64,000 bases of DNA from a virus (lineage: Duplodnaviria; Caudoviricetes), in the IMG/VR virus record IMGVR_UViG_3300020236_000046, positions 7,492 to 71,491 of that record; one strand, 5' to 3'. The notes beneath the pieces are model-generated. The model was not told where the DNA came from and searched no databases. It worked only from the letters and a program-made list of their open reading frames with translations. Within the stretch, counting starts at the first letter, position 1; every line of letters begins with the position of its first letter. The translations under genes and the position numbers were made by a program. Positions 28,102 through 37,363 of the stretch are shown piece after piece.

Positions 28102-29017
28102 TATTCCCTTCTATAGCTTCATATACTATTTCTTTTACTCGTTTACGTGTTTTATTTGTTTTGAAAAAAGAGTCAAGATTTGCCTCAAATGAATGCCCTA
28201 TTTCAATATTTGTTAATACTCGCTCGACAAAAGCGTCTAACCTGGCATTGCGTTCATCCGCTTCTTCTATATAGTCTCGATTTACAACGTCTTTTTCTAT
28301 TGGGATATATACAGGTTTAACCTTATTTTCATTCACATAGTACAAGTACACACGTGGTTTATGGTCTATCTGATCCGCAGTAAGCCTGAAGATACTACCG
28401 GGGTTAACTAATAATCTTCCTTTATGTTCTAAAACAAACGGTTTATGATTATCCCCTGTCACAATAAGGTCATATCCTTTTAATCGTTCAAATAATTTAT
28501 GTGCTATATCAACTTCAATATCCGGCCACGGCTTCTTTCCTGTATACGTCAATATATGACATAGAGCGATTTGTCGTATACTATTATTAGATTGTTCTGT
28601 ACGTGCTTCTAACGATGCCCCCCAATGAAACCCCTTGATTATCAGTTTAAATGTGCCTGGAACAGTTTTAAGGTTTTTAACATTCTTAATAATTTTAATA
28701 GTCCCTGCCGCATCTAGCACTTCTAGTCCTGATTTATGTAATAGATCGATATTGTGATAAGGCATTTCATGCTGGCCGATTGTCACATACATATTACTAA
28801 TATGACGTATAGACCATGCAAGGACTTCAGGACTGCTTTTCCATGCATCTAATAAATCCCCAGCACATAATATTGGTATATTGTTATATGATCTTTGTAA
28901 TGATGCGACAAAGTCAATCTTTCTTTTCATAGTTTTAATGAAATCATCTGTTCTACATTTTGGTATTTTATCCATAATATGCCAATCCGCAGTAATAATC
29001 GCATTAGGCGTATTCAT
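28094..29017 (-). CDS. SbcD/Mre11/gp47-like metallophosphoesterase nuclease
   Basis: 'ADWH', 'AGDL', 'GQHE', 'LCH', 'GDNH', 'NPGS'. Confidence 0.9.
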   Translation of the reverse strand: MNTPNAIITADWHIMDKIPKCRTDDFIKTMKRKIDFVASLQRSYNNIPILCAGDLLDAWKSSPEVLAWSIRHISNMYVTIGQHEMPYHNIDLLHKSGLEVLDAAGTIKIIKNVKNLKTVPGTFKLIIKGFHWGASLEARTEQSNNSIRQIALCHILTYTGKKPWPDIEVDIAHKLFERLKGYDLIVTGDNHKPFVLEHKGRLLVNPGSIFRLTADQIDHKPRVYLYYVNENKVKPVYIPIEKDVVNRDYIEEADERNARLDAFVERVLTNIEIGHSFEANLDSFFKTNKTRKRVKEIVYEAIEGNND

Positions 29018-29766
29018 ATATTATTTTTTGATAGTATGTTCATAAAATAAATATTCCATTTCTTTCTATTATGATTAGTTTTTACATGGCATAGTCTACA
29101 TAATGTTATTAAATTATTAGGGCTATTATTCTTTTTGTTATAGTTTATATGATGCACACAATGTAATTCACTATTCTCTTTACAATCACATAATTGACAT
29201 ATACGATTATCACGATTCCTTATCTGTTCTTTTAACGCCTTATTAAAATTTATTCCATAAGGTTCAAAAGATATGCCGCCTAACCAAGCTGGATTCTTAT
29301 CCCCCGCATATTTTCCTTTTAATGTATTAGATATTTTTTCTCTTACTTCTACTTTTTTCGCTGGATTTTTATTACCTACTATTGTATAACCTTTCTGATA
29401 CATAGGATTATTTTTACCGGATATATTTCTATGGTTTTTAGATATATTTTCTCTAGCTTCTTTAGTATGGTGCTTCCCTAACATCCCTTTAGCATGATTT
29501 TCCTTTAATTTTTTTCTTATGTCTGGTCTTTTAGCTGGATTTTTATTTCCGATCATATCTAATCTTTTTCTACCGAATATAGGGCATTTTTTTCCTCTTT
29601 TATTAAACATTGGATTGTGCGTTCCTCTATTCTGATGACCAGAAATAGCACTATTCCATGTATTCTTTTGTATACCCCATTTTACAGATTTACCACAACC
29701 ACAGCGGCATTTCGGTGTCCTGTCCATAATATGCCAGTCAGCCGTTAAAATACAATCAGGAGTCAT
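29014..29766 (-). mobile_element. NUMOD3/HNH homing endonuclease fused to a copy of the SbcD N-terminus
   Basis: N-terminus MTPDCILTADWHIMDRTPKCR resembles SbcD MNTPNAIITADWHIMDKIPKCR; C-terminal 'WLGGISFEPY..RDNRICQLC..HHINYNKKN..NLITLCRLC'. Confidence 0.88.
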
Positions 29767-29790
29767 AGTTATTCTATTTCCATTCTCTTT

Positions 29791-30000
29791 TTAAAACTTA
29801 TTCTCTTTTTCATATTCATTTGCAGATTCAATATTAATTTTATAAGAACGTCTTATCCTAATACCTGTTAATTTCCCTTCATCAATGAGTCTTTTTACTG
29901 TAGTATCCGATACGTGCCAACGAGCCGCGAGTGTTTGAATTGTGATAAATTTTCGTGGTTCTCCTTTTCTTACACTCATTTTATTTCCATTTCTGTCCAC
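29791..30000 (-). CDS. Excisionase-like HTH DNA-binding protein
   Basis: 'ITIQTLAARWHVSDTTVKRLIDEGKLTGIRIRRSYKI'. Confidence 0.75.
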   Translation of the reverse strand: MDRNGNKMSVRKGEPRKFITIQTLAARWHVSDTTVKRLIDEGKLTGIRIRRSYKINIESANEYEKENKF

Positions 30001-31072
30001 ATACAGGGCATAATCCTTTTGGGTTTATTTTCTTTTCTTTAGCTTTAAGATTTTTTATAGTCTCTTCTGTTTGCTCTAATCTGCATTCTTGCAGATTTAT
30101 TCTTGTTAATACATCATCTATATCATTATATGTTCCATTTAACTGTTCTCGTTTTTCTGTAAGATTAAGCAACTTTTTTACTAATACTTCAGCTTCTTTA
30201 GTGTTTGGTAATGTATCTAATTTATTAGTTTCTTTTGAAAGGCTTTCAAGTATACCTCTTAATTCATCATGCCTTGTTACGAGAGTAGTTCTATCAGTGT
30301 TGATCTGGATTAGATTATTTATAATTGTTTCCGCTTCATCTGTTTTCTTTATTTCTTCCAGTTCTGTTTCAACATCATCAATACTATTTAGAATATTACG
30401 CAGAGTCATTTCTTCAGTTCGTAATATAGAGGCTCGTCCTGTCGCCTGATTTAATCGTTTAATAATAGGTTCAATATCATCAAGATGTGCGTACTGCTTA
30501 CTTTTTTCTTCTGTTTCTTCCAGCAATTCCTGGTTACTTGTAATACTAGAAGCTGTAGTCCGTGACATACCATTAATATGACTTAAAGTATCCCCAATAA
30601 TATCAAGATTAACTATACTGTTTATATATTGAGCGGCTTCTCCTGGACTCATGCCTAATAGAAATGGAGGGTCATGCTGAAGATGTATATTTACAGAATC
30701 AAGATTCACTAGCTGTTTTATCGCATCAGGCACACTTTGTCCAAATGCCTTATATTCATGTCTAAGAGTCTTTAATACACTTTGTCCTTTTTTTATTTTT
30801 GGTTCATATAATATATATGTATTTTTAGATTTTTCCTTAACACGATCTATTTGAAATCCCTTGTCAGTACTTAAAGAGACACACATATCCCCACCCCAAT
30901 GACTGCGGTAGGAATCACCGGAAGGTTTATTGAATGCACACCATATCAAAGCGCGGAGAATAGCTGTTTTGCCCCTACGTGATAAGCCTACGATGACATT
31001 AACACCATCACAAAATTCAAGTGAACTGTTTTGGTGACTTTGAAAATTTATTAATCGGATATTTTCAATCAT
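29981..31072 (-). CDS. SbcC/Rad50/gp46-like ATPase, N-terminal half ending in zinc hook
   Basis: 'IENIRLINFQSH', Walker A 'GLSRRGKT', Q-loop 'IHLQHDPPF', coiled coil, terminal 'CPVCG'. Confidence 0.87.
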   Translation of the reverse strand: MIENIRLINFQSHQNSSLEFCDGVNVIVGLSRRGKTAILRALIWCAFNKPSGDSYRSHWGGDMCVSLSTDKGFQIDRVKEKSKNTYILYEPKIKKGQSVLKTLRHEYKAFGQSVPDAIKQLVNLDSVNIHLQHDPPFLLGMSPGEAAQYINSIVNLDIIGDTLSHINGMSRTTASSITSNQELLEETEEKSKQYAHLDDIEPIIKRLNQATGRASILRTEEMTLRNILNSIDDVETELEEIKKTDEAETIINNLIQINTDRTTLVTRHDELRGILESLSKETNKLDTLPNTKEAEVLVKKLLNLTEKREQLNGTYNDIDDVLTRINLQECRLEQTEETIKNLKAKEKKINPKGLCPVCGQKWK

Positions 31073-31290
31073 ACTTAATCACCACATACATAATCAATTA
31101 TTACTAGTATCAATATTACAGCTTCCCATACAGGTATTTCTATTGTAGAGGTTAAATATTCAATCATTGATCTTTTTCTTTTCCTTTCCATGTTTTTCGC
31201 ATAGCATATCGCAGTCTTTTTAACATATATTTTTTCCCTATATAAAGTACTATGTAAAGAAGTAATGTTCCTATACTGATTTCTATTATG

Positions 31291-31899
31291 CTAGAAAGGG
31301 ATGTCATCATTATACAATTCCTTATATTTATATAGTGCAATTAATAATGCATCAGCAAATCCATCATTGCGTCCTATTAGATTAAACATTTGTGGGAACA
31401 GAGATTTTGCACGTTTTATATTCCTTTTCTTTTTACGGGAATAGAATATAGAAGGTGTTTCATTAAGATGTTTTTTTAACTTGTGTTTGAAGAAATAGGC
31501 AGACCATACTTTTGCTTCTATAGGGGTATGATTTATTCCTAACCCCATTAATAGCCCTTTGATTATTCCAAATCCTTCAAAACTTGTTGCTGTAGTTATA
31601 ATTGTTTGTTTTGCCATTGCTATTGGACGTTCAATGCAGACGGTTTCAATATTATACATACTTTGTAATTTTTTAAATAATTCATATAATTCATATTCAT
31701 GGTATATTGTTCTTTTCTTTGGTACTCCTGGCACAATAGTTCCGTCTTTTTTCATTTTTGGTTTTGTTTTGCTCTTTAATTCCATTTGCAGGACAGGTAT
31801 AGAGTACAATCCAATAGCAGTACCTGAATCCTTTAGAACAGCTATCGCTCCTTTTACGCCTATATCAATACCGATTATGACGTTTATCTTTTTACTCAT
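31291..31899 (-). CDS. RuvC-like Holliday junction resolvase
   Basis: 'IIGIDIGVKGAIA', 'VCIERP', 'DGFADALLIA'. Confidence 0.8.
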   Translation of the reverse strand: MSKKINVIIGIDIGVKGAIAVLKDSGTAIGLYSIPVLQMELKSKTKPKMKKDGTIVPGVPKKRTIYHEYELYELFKKLQSMYNIETVCIERPIAMAKQTIITTATSFEGFGIIKGLLMGLGINHTPIEAKVWSAYFFKHKLKKHLNETPSIFYSRKKKRNIKRAKSLFPQMFNLIGRNDGFADALLIALYKYKELYNDDIPF

Positions 31900-31900
31900 T

Positions 31901-32947
31901 TTATTTGTATTTTGGTTTTCTGTTTATTTTTATCGACTCTTCTATATCGTTCCAGGTATCCCCTACTATTTGTTGTAGTTTCTTTTCTAATCCTTGCTCT
32001 TCTATTTGTAGAATCAAATCATCTCTCGATCCTGTTAAATCTAAATTATGTGCTTCTATTTTTACTTTTGTTTTAAATGACCATACTTTTTCATCGCATA
32101 AGAAATCGACACACGAACTAATATCATCAATTCCGTAATCATAAAATACAGGGAATGCGGCTTCTCTGTATTTCCCTGTCATTTTATTTTTTGTTGTTTT
32201 TACTTTTGTATTTATTCCAATTACCCTGTCTTTTCTTTTTTTATCTTTGATTTTTGCGCCCATTGTGAGCCATACTACATACGATGAATAATAATTAAGA
32301 GCATCTCCTCCGCTTCGACCTTTAATTTTTATAAAAGATACTCCCGTTGAATCCATCCTTGATTGAGATATGACAATAAGCAGACTGTTTGTCTTTTTAA
32401 GTTTCCCGACTATTAATCGCATGATTTCATAAGCTATTTTTGCCTTTTCCTGTCCACGCATTCCCGCTACTATTTTTCCTTTGCGCCGGGCTTCAGCTTT
32501 TTCAGCTTCTTCGTCTGTGATTAAGGCATCCCATGAATCTACTATATATATGAATGGAATTTCCGCTGTTAAAATATTCAGAATGTTATTTTGAAAATCT
32601 CTTATTGTAGTAGATGAACCATTTTCATTTGGTCTTTGTACTCTTTTTCTTAGTATATGACCAAATAACTTTTCATCATCAAATTCATCCGCATTTTCCG
32701 GTTCATCATAATACAATTCATAGTCTTTGAATACCGGATTATGGCATACCTCCGCTAATATAGTTTTAGAAAGCATGGTTTTTCCTGCATGACTATCCCC
32801 GATTATATTTACTACCTTGCCTTTTACAAACCCACCAAAAGGATGATCTGATAAAGCACAATTAAATAATGTTGAACCTGTCGGTATATATCGACTATCA
32901 GCGGCTTTTTTCTTTGTCCCTGTTTTTTTACTATCACCTCTAGGCAT
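31901..32947 (-). CDS. RecA/UvsX-like recombinase
   Basis: 'IPTGSTLFN', Walker A 'GDSHAGKT', 'IVDSWDAL', 'VISQSR', 'SGGDALNYYSS', 'KTTKNK'. Confidence 0.9.
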   Translation of the reverse strand: MPRGDSKKTGTKKKAADSRYIPTGSTLFNCALSDHPFGGFVKGKVVNIIGDSHAGKTMLSKTILAEVCHNPVFKDYELYYDEPENADEFDDEKLFGHILRKRVQRPNENGSSTTIRDFQNNILNILTAEIPFIYIVDSWDALITDEEAEKAEARRKGKIVAGMRGQEKAKIAYEIMRLIVGKLKKTNSLLIVISQSRMDSTGVSFIKIKGRSGGDALNYYSSYVVWLTMGAKIKDKKRKDRVIGINTKVKTTKNKMTGKYREAAFPVFYDYGIDDISSCVDFLCDEKVWSFKTKVKIEAHNLDLTGSRDDLILQIEEQGLEKKLQQIVGDTWNDIEESIKINRKPKYK

Positions 32948-33164
32948 TGCTTAATACCTTTTTTAATTCATTCATATTCACGCGCCATTTTCCATTTTTT
33001 CCTGTGAGTTGCTTGCCTATATTGGTATTTTTGACTATTTTAATGAGTGACGCCCTTTTTGTCGGCCCTCCCATCAAAACAGATACTTTCAAAGCCTCTG
33101 TAATCGTTCCCCATATAATGATGTCATTACTCTTATCCGAATTTTCATTCATTTTATTCCTCAT
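32940..33164 (-). CDS. Small HTH-like protein
   Basis: ORF; 'GKNGKWRV' wing-like motif. Confidence 0.5.
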   Translation of the reverse strand: MRNKMNENSDKSNDIIIWGTITEALKVSVLMGGPTKRASLIKIVKNTNIGKQLTGKNGKWRVNMNELKKVLSNA

Positions 33165-33176
33165 TAGAATTAGAGA

Positions 33177-33205
33177 GGGAGGGGCAGGGGGGTTAACCCC
33201 TGCCC
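33177..33205. repeat. GC-rich intergenic hairpin (GGGAGGGGCAGG family)
   Basis: gggcagggg...cccctgccc stem; 12-mer identical to 48937-48948. Confidence 0.55.
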
Positions 33206-33264
33206 ACGTTCAAGGGGGGCAGTAACTATACACATACCCCTTTACATGTTCCCTCTTATGTATA

Positions 33265-34422
33265 TTAATTGCGTCTACGGCCTCCTGCTTTCTTGCCTGA
33301 CTTTTTCTTACTGCTTTTTTGCGCCTTTGCTTCTTTTTCTTTGCGTTCCTTTTCTTCACTACAGGCTACCCAATACTCACAATTTTCACAGTCTTCATAT
33401 TCATCAGTATCAATACCATAAGTAACATCTTCTAGAGGGCATTCGGGTTCTGTGTCTTCAGCAGACGGATCATCAACAGGAGCATCATCCTTTTCAGATC
33501 GTCTGCTACTCCTTGATGATCGTTTAGACGTATTATCATCTTCATCTTTAGTAGATTCAGTGCTGTCTTTCTCTTCGGTAGATTTAGTGTCATTTTCTTT
33601 TGTTCTTTCAGATTGGTGGCTCCTTCTACGACTAGAGGAACTATAAGATTCATGGGGTTCATTATCATCATTTTGTTCCGTATCTTTATCCGTAATATCC
33701 AGGAAGGCATTACGTAATTCATCGTAGGTAGGTATGATTAATACAGAATCAAGGTCAACAGTTTCATCAAGTATGTCTTCATCATAATCATCTCGTTCCT
33801 CATATTCTACTTTTGTTGCTTTGACATATTTTGTTTTCATAAATTTTTTGTCAACGAAACGTACCTTTAATGTCGCCCCTCCTTTTAACCACGGATAATC
33901 CCAAACAAGGTCTTCATCTTCTGCTTCTTTAAGGTCTTCATCAACCAAATCCCCAAAACAGAAAGGAGATATGTACATGATTTGAACTTTGTCTTTCTTT
34001 TTACCTGCCGCATCAAGGTCAATGACGTTATAAAGATGCTTCATTTTTACCTTCAGCCCTTTAACCGATTCATCATCCTTTCCATGTTCCTCTAAATCCC
34101 TGACATACTGTTCGCAAATAGGGCATTTTTTATTAACTGTTTTTTTCGGGCATATATATGTTTTATTATCCGGCCCAACATTCCTGTGGACGCCAAATAT
34201 AACCCTCATCCATTGTTCGCCTTTTCCTACCTTATGATGATCTGTTTTAGATACAACATAAGGCAAAATATCAAGATAATACTTACCGGCTTCTATATCT
34301 AAAAACTGGGTTCCTTCAGGCATATTAAATAATGTAGATTGTCCACCTGATTGCTGTTCTTCCGCATCCTCCCGTAAACGCTTTCTTTGTTCTTCATTTC
34401 CTTTAGCTCTGCTACTTCCCAT
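33265..34422 (-). CDS. Single-stranded DNA-binding protein (gp32-like) with acidic C-terminus
   Basis: 'LDILPY', 'VHRNVG..ICPK..CPICE', 'LYNVIDL', long D/E-rich tail. Confidence 0.8.
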   Translation of the reverse strand: MGSSRAKGNEEQRKRLREDAEEQQSGGQSTLFNMPEGTQFLDIEAGKYYLDILPYVVSKTDHHKVGKGEQWMRVIFGVHRNVGPDNKTYICPKKTVNKKCPICEQYVRDLEEHGKDDESVKGLKVKMKHLYNVIDLDAAGKKKDKVQIMYISPFCFGDLVDEDLKEAEDEDLVWDYPWLKGGATLKVRFVDKKFMKTKYVKATKVEYEERDDYDEDILDETVDLDSVLIIPTYDELRNAFLDITDKDTEQNDDNEPHESYSSSSRRRSHQSERTKENDTKSTEEKDSTESTKDEDDNTSKRSSRSSRRSEKDDAPVDDPSAEDTEPECPLEDVTYGIDTDEYEDCENCEYWVACSEEKERKEKEAKAQKSSKKKSGKKAGGRRRN

Positions 34423-34558
34423 TTTTTTCTCCTTTTTTTAACCTATTAGATTGATACTTTGATTTGAAGTATGCCATTGTTATTAACCTGACAAATATAT
34501 AAGCATATATTATCAGTAAAACTGCGATAAGAACTTTACCAAATAATGACACCTCCAT
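34412..34558 (-). CDS. Small single-TM protein (48 aa; below track cutoff)
   Basis: MEVSLFGKVLIAVLLIIYAYIFVRLITMAYF...; TAATG coupling to upstream gene. Confidence 0.5.
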   Translation of the reverse strand: MEVSLFGKVLIAVLLIIYAYIFVRLITMAYFKSKYQSNRLKKGEKNGK

Positions 34559-35043
34559 TATCTTTTACGCTTTCCCTTTTGTTTTTTCATTTTTTCTTCA
34601 ACTGCGTCTGTTTGTTGTTTTTTAAGTTCCTCCCCTAATGCTCTAGGTACTTTTGGCATTGCGTTGTATCCTGCTATGACAAGTTTAACTAGATTTTCAA
34701 GACCAGGCTTCTTATGATAATTAATAGCGTTAACGTCTATCTCTGCCATGTCTCTTTCATATTCTAATTCTATTAATTTTTCTTTTGCTTGTTTATGCCG
34801 TTTATCGGTTCTATATGTTGCTTCTATTACCGGCCCTGTCGCTTTCTCCCCTGATTCGATTATTTCTAAAATAATGTCAGAACGAATCCTTTTAACATTT
34901 TCTTCTTGATCCGCTACCGCTTTTGTAAGTTTCACGGCTTTGGCGGAGTATTTATAAAATAGATTAGATTGATTCATCCATTCTATATCTAACGCATCAG
35001 GGTCAATATCAATGTCGTTTTTATATTCAGAAGTTTTATTCAT
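34558..35043 (-). CDS. UvsY-like recombination mediator
   Basis: 'DALDIEWMNQSNLFYKY', helical; lies next to SSB and RecA genes. Confidence 0.6.
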   Translation of the reverse strand: MNKTSEYKNDIDIDPDALDIEWMNQSNLFYKYSAKAVKLTKAVADQEENVKRIRSDIILEIIESGEKATGPVIEATYRTDKRHKQAKEKLIELEYERDMAEIDVNAINYHKKPGLENLVKLVIAGYNAMPKVPRALGEELKKQQTDAVEEKMKKQKGKRKR

Positions 35044-35063
35044 TTATTTTTCCTTTAAACTAT

Positions 35064-35288
35064 TTATTCTATAAAAGGTGGGCATAGATCAAGAATTGCA
35101 ATAGTCACTGCCCACCATGCTATTTTAATTATAAGGGTGCTAATAAGAATGATAAATAACAACCCTATTAGTTTACAACCAAGTATTGACAAGACCTCTA
35201 CTCGGTTAGCAAAATCTATCGGCCATCCCTTTAAACCATCCCCCATAATACGGGAAGTGTCATCATAATCTGCTTTAGCACATTTCAT
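35064..35288 (-). CDS. Hypothetical membrane protein (paralogue of 35304-35519)
   Basis: Shares 'EVLS..LF.I.I.TLI..LD.C.P' pattern. Confidence 0.55.
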   Translation of the reverse strand: MKCAKADYDDTSRIMGDGLKGWPIDFANRVEVLSILGCKLIGLLFIILISTLIIKIAWWAVTIAILDLCPPFIE

Positions 35289-35303
35289 ATTTTTATCCTT
35301 TAT

Positions 35304-35519
35304 TTATCTTATACGAGGTAGACAGAAATCAAGATATGGAAGAGTTGCTATTGTCCATATAACTCCAACTATAAGAGTAATAATAAAACTAATAATGAAG
35401 AGCCATGTTAAATTTCCAGCGATAACCGACAGGACTTCTAACCATATAGCTAGATATTCTTCTTTCGGGCGGCCTTTTTTATATATATCAATATCGTTTT
35501 TATATTCAGATGTATTCAT
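35304..35519 (-). CDS. Hypothetical membrane protein
   Basis: Hydrophobic helices; N-terminus MNTSEYKNDIDI copies the start of 34558-35043. Confidence 0.55.
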   Translation of the reverse strand: MNTSEYKNDIDIYKKGRPKEEYLAIWLEVLSVIAGNLTWLFIISFIITLIVGVIWTIATLPYLDFCLPRIR

Positions 35520-36358
35520 ATTACAAACTCCTTAAAAATAGGAAATCTAGGAATTCCGTATTCAGAAAGTTCTTGATATTTTATAATTATTTTTCTGTTT
35601 TTAAACTTTTGTCCTTGTCTAGAAGCTCTCCAGTAAAGTTCTCTTAAAGAATCAGTTAGTCCAGAACCAACAGTAAATTTATTCTTATTTTGAAACGACA
35701 TTGAGTCTCCAAAAGTTACTGCAAAAGCTCCAAGACTTCCTTTTAATCTTCCTTTACCCTCAACAAGTCCAGTAATGAAAACTTCTAAGTATTTAAAGTC
35801 TTTTCTTTTGAGGAGTTGGGAACATTTCCCTATTTGATAAAGACCTTCAGGAGTTCTATAAATAGAACCTTCAGTTATTTTAGAATGAAGTTTATGTATT
35901 TCCTCTTCTTCTTTTTTATCCTTAACAAGAACAGCAGACAAATAAAATAAATGTTTTGCTTCTGTTGTTGCCTTTGAAAGAACATTTTGTATGTAGTTAC
36001 GTCTAGCTGAATAAACTTCATTACTAATTATATCAAAGCAGTAAAATGTAATTTTACTTTCAAGAGGAGAGATATTTGCACTTTTTCTTCTTACAATTCC
36101 ATTTACTTCATTAAAAGTCATTCCTTCAGCTAGAAACTCCCCATCAAGATTGTACACAAAGTTAAATTGTGAAAGCTCCTTTGTCAAAGAAGGAAGACCC
36201 TCGACTAATAGCCCTTTTCTTGTGTAGAATTTTTTCTTTTCTCGACAAAAAACCCCTCTAAGTCCATCGAGTTTAGTTTGCATAAAGATAGGATAAGAAA
36301 TCTTTCTTTCTAATCTTTTTTTAGCCGTCATGCAGATGTCTTTTTTAACTACTACCAT
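35516..36358 (-). CDS. ATP-dependent DNA ligase
   Basis: KxDG 'TKLDGLR', 'LDGEF', 'FYCFD', 'EGSIYR', OB domain 'VGSGLTD', 'RFPIF'. Confidence 0.92.
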   Translation of the reverse strand: MVVVKKDICMTAKKRLERKISYPIFMQTKLDGLRGVFCREKKKFYTRKGLLVEGLPSLTKELSQFNFVYNLDGEFLAEGMTFNEVNGIVRRKSANISPLESKITFYCFDIISNEVYSARRNYIQNVLSKATTEAKHLFYLSAVLVKDKKEEEEIHKLHSKITEGSIYRTPEGLYQIGKCSQLLKRKDFKYLEVFITGLVEGKGRLKGSLGAFAVTFGDSMSFQNKNKFTVGSGLTDSLRELYWRASRQGQKFKNRKIIIKYQELSEYGIPRFPIFKEFVI

Positions 36359-37282
36359 TTAACCATACCACGCTTCCGAGCATGCTAGAAGTAAATCAAA
36401 TCTTCCATTATTATAAAAAGGTTGTTGAAATGCCTGCCCTACAAGTACAACCTGCGCCTTGTGCTCATTCATAAGAATAGTTGAACAATAACCTATAACA
36501 GCACGCCTTATTTTTTCAGGTTCTACATGTTCCAGGCCATATAATATTTTAGTTATTGATAACCATTTATCTTTTTTAATTAATAAACGACATAAATTAA
36601 TAACCTGTTCTTCCTCATCGGTTGATATATAATTTTTAAGTGCCTTCTCCATTTCATCATCATCTAAATCGATGATAGTATCCAGCATCACTAATGCTTC
36701 TCTTGCAGACCCATTGCAATTTTCCGCTATATCTAATCTTATTTGCAATGGTATTTTTACATCTTCTGCTTTTAGAGTGCTGTCCATTAAATCGAATATT
36801 TCTTTTATTTTAAGGGCCTCAACTTTGAAGGATGTGCATCTGCTTCTAATAGTAGGCAGCAGTTTTTGTGGATCTGTAGTACATAAAATAAAATACACAT
36901 GTTTTGGTGTATCTTCTAATGCTTTGAGTAATGCGGATTGTGCATCTTTGCTTAATTGGTGACATTCATCGAGTATCCAAGTCCGGGACTTTCCTCCCAT
37001 TGGTGATAGGTACATATTTTGCCGTATTTGACGAATAGTATCGATTCCTCGGAAATCCGCACTGTCTACTTCAGACAGGTCTATTTCAGCCGTTTCAAAC
37101 GATTTACTTAATATCCTAGCTAAACTCGTCTTTCCGCACCCTGAATTGCCGTAAAACAGGAAAGAATGCGGCCTGTCTTCAATCCTACGGCCTATTATAG
37201 ATTCTAGGGCATTGACTGTAGATTCATTGCCTACAACCTCATCTAGGAGCGTAGGGCGGTATTTTAAGTGTAATGCAGGCAT
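36359..37282 (-). CDS. Clamp loader (DnaX gamma/tau-like AAA+)
   Basis: 'LHLKYRP', 'GNSGCGKT', 'ILDECHQL', 'ALLKALED', 'TIRSRC'. Confidence 0.92.
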   Translation of the reverse strand: MPALHLKYRPTLLDEVVGNESTVNALESIIGRRIEDRPHSFLFYGNSGCGKTSLARILSKSFETAEIDLSEVDSADFRGIDTIRQIRQNMYLSPMGGKSRTWILDECHQLSKDAQSALLKALEDTPKHVYFILCTTDPQKLLPTIRSRCTSFKVEALKIKEIFDLMDSTLKAEDVKIPLQIRLDIAENCNGSAREALVMLDTIIDLDDDEMEKALKNYISTDEEEQVINLCRLLIKKDKWLSITKILYGLEHVEPEKIRRAVIGYCSTILMNEHKAQVVLVGQAFQQPFYNNGRFDLLLACSEAWYG

Positions 37283-37333
37283 ATTATGTAAATCCCCTCA
37301 TAAGATTAGCTTAATTATATGTTCTTCATATAT

Positions 37334-37363
37334 ATTATAGTAATTTTAGTCGATTTCATTTAA
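37334..37363 (-). promoter_or_regulatory. Phage promoter motif TTAAATGAAA-N12-ACTATAAT (copy 2)
   Basis: Same 10-mer and 12-nt spacer; upstream of clamp loader. Confidence 0.75.

Noticed and set aside
33432-33722. Same-strand alternative-frame ORF inside the SSB acidic tail
   Set aside because: Low-complexity by-product (MMI/LK-rich) with no motif, unlike the MTase and intein overlaps.
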